Assembly: GCA_965223905.1 (NCBI GenBank) | Contig: CBDCXV010000009.1 | Location: forward strand, 736,001-800,000 | Source of the DNA: Candidatus Latescibacterota bacterium | Lineage (GTDB): Bacteria; Latescibacterota; UBA2968; UBA8231 | DNA length: 64,000 nt | Reading direction: 5' to 3' | Shown here: piece by piece, positions 60,501-64,000 of the stretch | Numbering within the stretch: the stretch's first letter is position 1 | How the letters are laid out: each line of letters starts with the position of its first letter | The notes under the pieces: generated by a model | The model's input: only the letters and a program-made list of their open reading frames with translations | What the model was told of the DNA's origin: nothing | Database searches by the model: none | Program-made: the position numbers and the translations under genes

Positions 60501-63500
60501 TCGTGGGGGGCGGCAGAAGGGGCTACTTTTTACGATGTGTTGTGGAGATCGGGATCGGAGCAATATAGCCCCCCTGACCGGTTAGCCAGGGTGACCAGCG
60601 GTACGAGTCATGTGATTCCGAATCTGACGGGAGGCACCGAGTACTATGTGTGGGTGTTTGCCTTGGCGGGTTCGCCCGAAGCCCCAGTGGCGGGGCCGCC
60701 GGTAGTGGAGGTGGCAGGCACGCCGTTGAGGCGGCCTACGGTTACGCCGCGGCCTGATCCACAGCCGCAGCCACCTCGACAGCCACAGCCGCCCACGCAG
60801 CCGCAGCCGCAGCCCCCGGCCGCCAAACCGCCTGCGGTTTTGACGCCGCCTATAGTGAACCATGTCAGCCTGAATGCGGTCGATGGCGGGCTTCAGGTCC
60901 GCTGGCTGTCGCTGGCCAAAGCCGGCTACAAGGGACCGGTGACCGGCTACAAGGTGCAGTGGAAATCCGGGTCGCAGTCGTATGCCTCGGCCCGCGAAGA
61001 CACCGCTGCCGGCCCGCTCACGTGGATATTCCATACCATCCCGGACCTGAGTCACGAGACCGAATACACGGTGCAGGTGCTCGCTTTCAACGAGCACGGC
61101 GACGGCCCGGCTTCTCAGGAGCTCACCGGCACGCCCAAGGAGGACAAGCCGTCCACGCGGATCGCGGGGACCCTGAGAGGGGCTGTACGGGGTTCGAGTG
61201 GTCAGCAGCCGCGTGGCGACCGTGTCCAGCAGTCGAGTCTGGGTCTGGGCCCGACCGGGCATCTGGACGCCGGCCAGGAAGTGACGCTGACCGTGTCGGT
61301 TGCCGAGGTCGCCTCCTATGTCCTGGAAGTGACCGGAGGACGGGGGGTCACCTTGACCGGGGACGGCGTCACCGACGAGGGCGAAGGCCGGGCTCAGCTG
61401 GATGCGGAGTCCTGGTCTGACAGGCAGCAGCGCACCGTGGTGCTGAAAGACACGGCTGCGGTGGACACCTTGTCCGTGGCGCTTCTGGATACGGACGGCG
61501 AGCAGGTGGCCGCCCTGGGCCCCCGGATCGTCTACAACCCGGAGGTGCGTCACGGCATTCGGGTTACGGGCCTGCCGGACACCCTGGCGGTAAACCGGAC
61601 CTATACGGGTGACGTAACCCTGCTGGACCAGTACGGCAACGTCCGCGTCGCCGACGACGACCGCGAGGTGGAGCTTTCGGCCAACCAGGCAGGCGTCATG
61701 TCGTCGCCGGCCGACCTGACCGCAGGTACCGGGGAGTTCTGGGTACGCAGCGATTCGCTGTTGACCCGGCCGCTGGTCCTGACCTTCCGTGATGGCGCGG
61801 TGAGCCAGTCGGAGACGGTCATCGTGCGGCCTCTGGATGCACCGGATGAGCTGGTGGCCGTTGATAATCCGGACGATGAGGGCGGATTCGTCCTGCTGAC
61901 CTGGGATCTGTCGGTAGACCATTCGATTCTGGACGGCTACCACATATACCGTGCGCCAGCAGGTGGTGAACCGGTGGATTGGGGTCACGTAGCAGCTGAC
62001 CCCGAAGCGACAGAGGGCCGCGTCGTGGTAGCCACGCTCGACACGGCCACCACGGCTTGGGGCATCGCCGCCGAACTGGAGCTCGACATGGAGCCGGATT
62101 CGGGAGAAGGCGAAACCCCGGTGACCCCGCCGCCCGACGATCCCCCGACCAATGGGAGATCGTCGAGTATTACCCTGTCGTCGGGTATCGTTTCCGCCAC
62201 GCCGGAGGATGACGACATGGACGACGACATGGACGGTGACATGGACGGTGACATGGACGGCGGCATGGACGACGACATGGATCCGAAGAAGGTTCGGCGC
62301 TCCTCGGTTACGCGGTCGGGTTCGGTGCGCGCCGTCGACAATGTCGCCCCGTCGGCGGTTCGTGAGTTCCGTGCAATCGACGCTCCCGACGACGACGGGG
62401 GCCGCATTCTCCTGAGTTGGGAAGGCTCGCTGGCCGACACCTCGGTGACCCGGCGGGTCGCAGGGGCGATCGGTCCGGTGGTTTCGGACATGAGCCGCGG
62501 GGTTGCGGGCTATCGCATCTACCGCCAGCCGGCCGAAGGGGCGTTTGCGCTTTTGGACACGGTCGGGCGCAGCGCAACCTCCTTTGTCGATACGACGGCC
62601 GTCAACGGGGAACGGTTCACCTACACGGTGGCTGCCTTCGACGAGGACAACGAGACCCGCTCGGAGGAACGGTCGGCCATGGCCATCCGCAACAACGAGG
62701 TAGACGTCAACGGACAGGCCATCACGGGCCTGTTCGGTGCCGACCGCCAGGTCGGGTTCGACGACTACTTCCACTTCGCCGACCACTACGGTTCGGCGGC
62801 ATCGGATGTGGAGTGGGACCCCGCGTTCGATCTGGCCGCCAAGCAGTCGGTGGGCGAAGCCGGGCTCAACGTCTTCGCCGAGAACTTCGGTCGCCAGACC
62901 GCCTCGGCGGCCAAGGTGATCCCGTTGCGGCCTGGCCGAAACGAGCAGACGCGGCTGGATTTCTACGGCGGCGTCCCGCTGCCGCGGGTCGGCGAGGAGT
63001 TCGTGCTCACCGTGCACCTGAGCGACTTCGATCTGCTCAAGGGCTACGGCTTCCAGCTCGAGTTCAACGGCGAGGAGCTGGAGGTCGTTCGCGCCGTGGC
63101 CGTCGACAACGGCCTTGGCGAGGGCCCCCTGGCCTTGCCGCAGGTCCTGGGCGCAGGGGACGGGAAACGGGCCATTGTCGCCTACGGGGATGCCGTCTCG
63201 GAAGGCACGGTGGCCGTGGATCTGGTTTTCCGCGCTCTCCAGGAGTTCGAATCCGGCTTCATCAAGGTCACGGAAGGCCAGGTCCGCGACGGTGCCTTTG
63301 CCGTCAACACCCTGGCCTTGCCGGCCCCGGTGGAGATGGAGACGCTGCCGGAGGTGTACGCTCTGGGGTTCAACTACCCGAACCCCTTCAACCCGGAGAC
63401 CACGATCAAATACGCGCTTCCTCAGGCGTCGGACGTGGAACTGGTGGTCTACAATTCGCTCGGCCAGAAGGTGCGCACCCTGGTGTCCGAACATCAGGGC

Positions 63501-63629
63501 GTAGGTCGCTACGCCTTCACGTGGGACGCGACCAACGACCGCGGTCACGCGGTGTCTTCGGGGATCTACCTGTACCGCCTGCAGGCGGGAGAGTTCGCGC
63601 AGGTCAGAAAGATGCTGTTGCTCAAGTAG
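54543..63629 (+). CDS. Giant secreted adhesin: about 21 fibronectin type III repeats, Ig-like, EF-hand/dockerin-like and cohesin-like modules, C-terminal FlgD-Ig/T9SS domain
   Basis: Signal peptide; 21 counted 'L.V.W...GA..Y.VQW...L..GT.Y.V.V.A' units; Pro/Gln linker; 'VGFDDYFHFADHYG'; 'NYPNPFNPETTI.Y.L'; start 54543 inferred from the RBS. Confidence 0.93.
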   Translation: MDTRHALHEARRWGWGGMLVLLTMSFLPRGMQAQESSFGPPEVTVKSGPEQLTVEWDEVEGATGYKVQWRNASDEADAEDTEWDASRQAMEPGTSSSNLIPGLDPALTYEVRVFAKDMYGDYSNPSNDPDGDGTPIDPSTTGTPAPGKVTGVTVTIPIAAGQLTVTWDKLELDNLTGYKVQWRDKVQWRDPDEVASWDDFMPDEDGADGDNQETLDASPPPTTYSIPGLSAENTYTVRVIATNEPIPATPNADESDGGDGTPSDDATGRPRPGQVNGPDEEATTDPLMVEPGEGKLTVKWELVTGADEYKVQWKSGTQDWDPINRQGMEGEDAISHEITGLTAGTEYTVRVFAMNTSGPGMPSENVMGTPQPGQVTGVMVTSGVAELTVQWTAVLGTGIGYKVQWKSGDEEYDETGNTRQATTTATSHTISPSPALTVGTEYTVRVIATHDPAGNAVEDIFPADGTPSDDATGTPKPGLVQGLVQVTPTLPGEITVTWDRLEGADSYTVQWKLATEVNYDGTRQEEIGQPESGDLSHRITGLGRTAHTVQVYATNDGGDGAATEKPATPGTPGDDQVTGVTVTPGSQQLTVEWVPVTGATEYKVQWWKGTAGSYADALEGDKGDASGIRGARYTIRSLDEDTEYMVQVIAGEEGAPSPVTDQWTKPGQVTGVTVPTPTTAGQLTVTWTAATTAGVIAAEGGYKVQWRTGSENWDPGRQVDVENGNAEETTIGDGTPTADMPLGGTLYRVRVIAYNDGGDGDPSGEATGTPLAAQVATPTVNAGPEQLEVEWDEADGAYRYKVQWEVGSSFTPGFTPTEGTNQKTVAGTETSYTIPGLTGGTEYVVRVIAENASGTPAAGTANATTGTPEPGMVGTPTVTPGPLQLAVEWDAVTGATSYKVQWRDPETDDSWDAWDADDFTPDGTNEATVQAPTTIHTISPSPALSAAITYTVRVVPVNASGDGAPSADATGRPAPGQVTLVAQDLNADPPVRPVNPGEEQLTVNWVDVMGEDEYKVQWKSGTDDWDPSNRQGMEDEDATSSTITGLTAGTPYTVRVIAVNTSGDGTPSAEATETPKPGQVGTPTVVSGEGNLTVSWTAVSGTGIGYKVQWRDGSTVATWDGFTPSEGTSQETVTGTSHTIPSLSAGTEYTVRVIATHDLTNNDPMTDDGTPSEDATGTPKPGPIGTVTATPGVRSAEVSWPRVTGADKYILQWKLATEVNYDGTRQEEIDQSEIGGLTYRIPELTAGTSYTVQVAPQNEGGGRGDFGESSAFIPTAGTNNQVVGVEVTSGSEELEVEWDRVPGATGYKVQWNSDGNYDDLDDAADDPDDRTSDVSGTSYTITGLTGGTLYAVQVIATVAGEPGDPSAAGPTRTGTPAPGQVENVQVTLGQGTLDVSWDAAPGATGGYTVQWREDSQLYSTRSRMKEVAAGANPPTMTTLTEMDLRGPGLFMPAGQKYWVQVYAKHTDEGAGPPSEEVTGTPLPGEVTPTVTRGPQQLEVTWDLVPGATGYTVQWKSGSQDWDNLGDTDDTRTARLGNVSSHTIENLTAGTQYTVQVFASNAGGLGPASDLQRGTPAPGTVTGVSVTSGSGALTVSWTAVPGAAGYKIQWKSGEETFEDAATDNREGRRTGLSYTIENLSADTEYTVQVIATLELSNSNDPETDDSAPSAPPATGTPLPGQVANVDVGIGAGKLLLSWDEVTGADDYTVQWKSEDETFPDAATDNREATDISGTRYTIEGLTAGTEYTVQVIASNASGDGDPSEEATGTPNELAEGQVANVVVTPGAGELMVSWDPVAGATGYTVQWKSETDADYDATSRQASGSDITGTSYTIQDLTAGTEYTVRVRATVNGSEGDYSDEAFETPLERPAQVANVVVTAGPEQLMVSWDAAQAATGYKVQWKSDQETFEDAATDNREASGSDITGTSYTIEDLTAGTQYTVRVIATGALVGGAPSTGDPSTEVPGTPTPGMVVDVTVTPGAERLTVSWGAAEGATFYDVLWRSGSEQYSPPDRLARVTSGTSHVIPNLTGGTEYYVWVFALAGSPEAPVAGPPVVEVAGTPLRRPTVTPRPDPQPQPPRQPQPPTQPQPQPPAAKPPAVLTPPIVNHVSLNAVDGGLQVRWLSLAKAGYKGPVTGYKVQWKSGSQSYASAREDTAAGPLTWIFHTIPDLSHETEYTVQVLAFNEHGDGPASQELTGTPKEDKPSTRIAGTLRGAVRGSSGQQPRGDRVQQSSLGLGPTGHLDAGQEVTLTVSVAEVASYVLEVTGGRGVTLTGDGVTDEGEGRAQLDAESWSDRQQRTVVLKDTAAVDTLSVALLDTDGEQVAALGPRIVYNPEVRHGIRVTGLPDTLAVNRTYTGDVTLLDQYGNVRVADDDREVELSANQAGVMSSPADLTAGTGEFWVRSDSLLTRPLVLTFRDGAVSQSETVIVRPLDAPDELVAVDNPDDEGGFVLLTWDLSVDHSILDGYHIYRAPAGGEPVDWGHVAADPEATEGRVVVATLDTATTAWGIAAELELDMEPDSGEGETPVTPPPDDPPTNGRSSSITLSSGIVSATPEDDDMDDDMDGDMDGDMDGGMDDDMDPKKVRRSSVTRSGSVRAVDNVAPSAVREFRAIDAPDDDGGRILLSWEGSLADTSVTRRVAGAIGPVVSDMSRGVAGYRIYRQPAEGAFALLDTVGRSATSFVDTTAVNGERFTYTVAAFDEDNETRSEERSAMAIRNNEVDVNGQAITGLFGADRQVGFDDYFHFADHYGSAASDVEWDPAFDLAAKQSVGEAGLNVFAENFGRQTASAAKVIPLRPGRNEQTRLDFYGGVPLPRVGEEFVLTVHLSDFDLLKGYGFQLEFNGEELEVVRAVAVDNGLGEGPLALPQVLGAGDGKRAIVAYGDAVSEGTVAVDLVFRALQEFESGFIKVTEGQVRDGAFAVNTLALPAPVEMETLPEVYALGFNYPNPFNPETTIKYALPQASDVELVVYNSLGQKVRTLVSEHQGVGRYAFTWDATNDRGHAVSSGIYLYRLQAGEFAQVRKMLLLK
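55077..55112 (+). repeat. Perfect in-frame 18-bp tandem duplication
   Basis: AAGGTGCAGTGGAGGGAT x2 (KVQWRD KVQWRD). Confidence 0.9.
62208..62279 (+). repeat. 12-bp coding minisatellite, 6 units (DDDM/DGDM/DGGM)
   Basis: GAYGRYGRCATG x6. Confidence 0.9.
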
Positions 63630-63645
63630 AGTTGTTGGGTTTAGG

Positions 63646-63679
63646 GGGGAGGAGAGGCAGAGATGCTTCTCCTCCCCTT
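63646..63679 (+). terminator. Hairpin downstream of the adhesin gene, probable terminator
   Basis: GGGGAGGAGAGGCA-GAGA-TGCTTCTCCTCCCC followed by TT; weak U-tract. Confidence 0.6.
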
Positions 63680-64000
63680 GGTATTTGGGAGCTGGGATGT
63701 CGAACGCTTCGGACCTTACTTGCGATTCGGGGTGGCCTCCAGTCGCCGGAAAGGGCAAAGACATCCCAGCTCCACTTTTTCCGGTGAGATCCGGGGTTTG
63801 GTTGTCGGCCCTTTTTGGAACGCCTGCAGTGGGTGCCATTCGTGTTACGGCCCTGATGCGGGCGTTTCTCGTTACTGGACCAGAATACCCATCCAGCGCC
63901 GGTAGCCGTAGCGATACACCCGCTCGGTAACCCGAAAAATCGATTCAGTCCTCGCCATCGGGCACAGGCAACCAAAGCCATAAAGGGATCCCGTTGCCGC

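Noticed and set aside
54660-61140. CRISPR-like periodic repeats
   Set aside because: The repeats are in-frame FN3 coding motifs with a period of about 300 bp; no cas genes.
60582-63839. 1085-aa ORF on - strand
   Set aside because: Antisense shadow of the adhesin C-terminal region.

Overview
High-GC bacterial chromosomal window. No rRNA, tRNA or CRISPR array was recognised. Two proteins carry C-terminal FlgD-Ig/T9SS-type 'NYPNPFN' sorting domains, and there are many Gfo/Idh/MocA, enolase-superfamily, PhyH and NHL enzymes, which suggests a Latescibacterota/Gemmatimonadota-like, possibly host-associated organism (inference). Main blocks: a five-gene LolA-like/2x permease/ABC ATPase/beta-barrel cassette (0.9-6.3 kb); a cusCBA-type Cu/Ag efflux operon (8.8-16.2 kb); glnB-glnE; catabolic enzyme clusters; an orphan DNA methyltransferase; a Cre-like integrase beside a decayed phage portal gene; and a ~3000-aa adhesin with about 21 FN3 repeats. 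The top finding is in the metal-efflux operon. Its last gene reads through an in-frame TGA (16052-16054) into a UxxC motif followed by a SECIS-like hairpin, giving a probable 111-aa membrane-anchored PCYCGC-like selenoprotein that the ORF track truncates. The operon also begins with a Cys-rich, CruR/DUF2946-like candidate leader peptide. Between the housekeeping blocks lie many toxin-antitoxin and defence gene remnants joined by deletions, including an antitoxin tail fused in frame to a foreign PIN-like ORF. Family assignments come from motif recognition by eye, not database searches.
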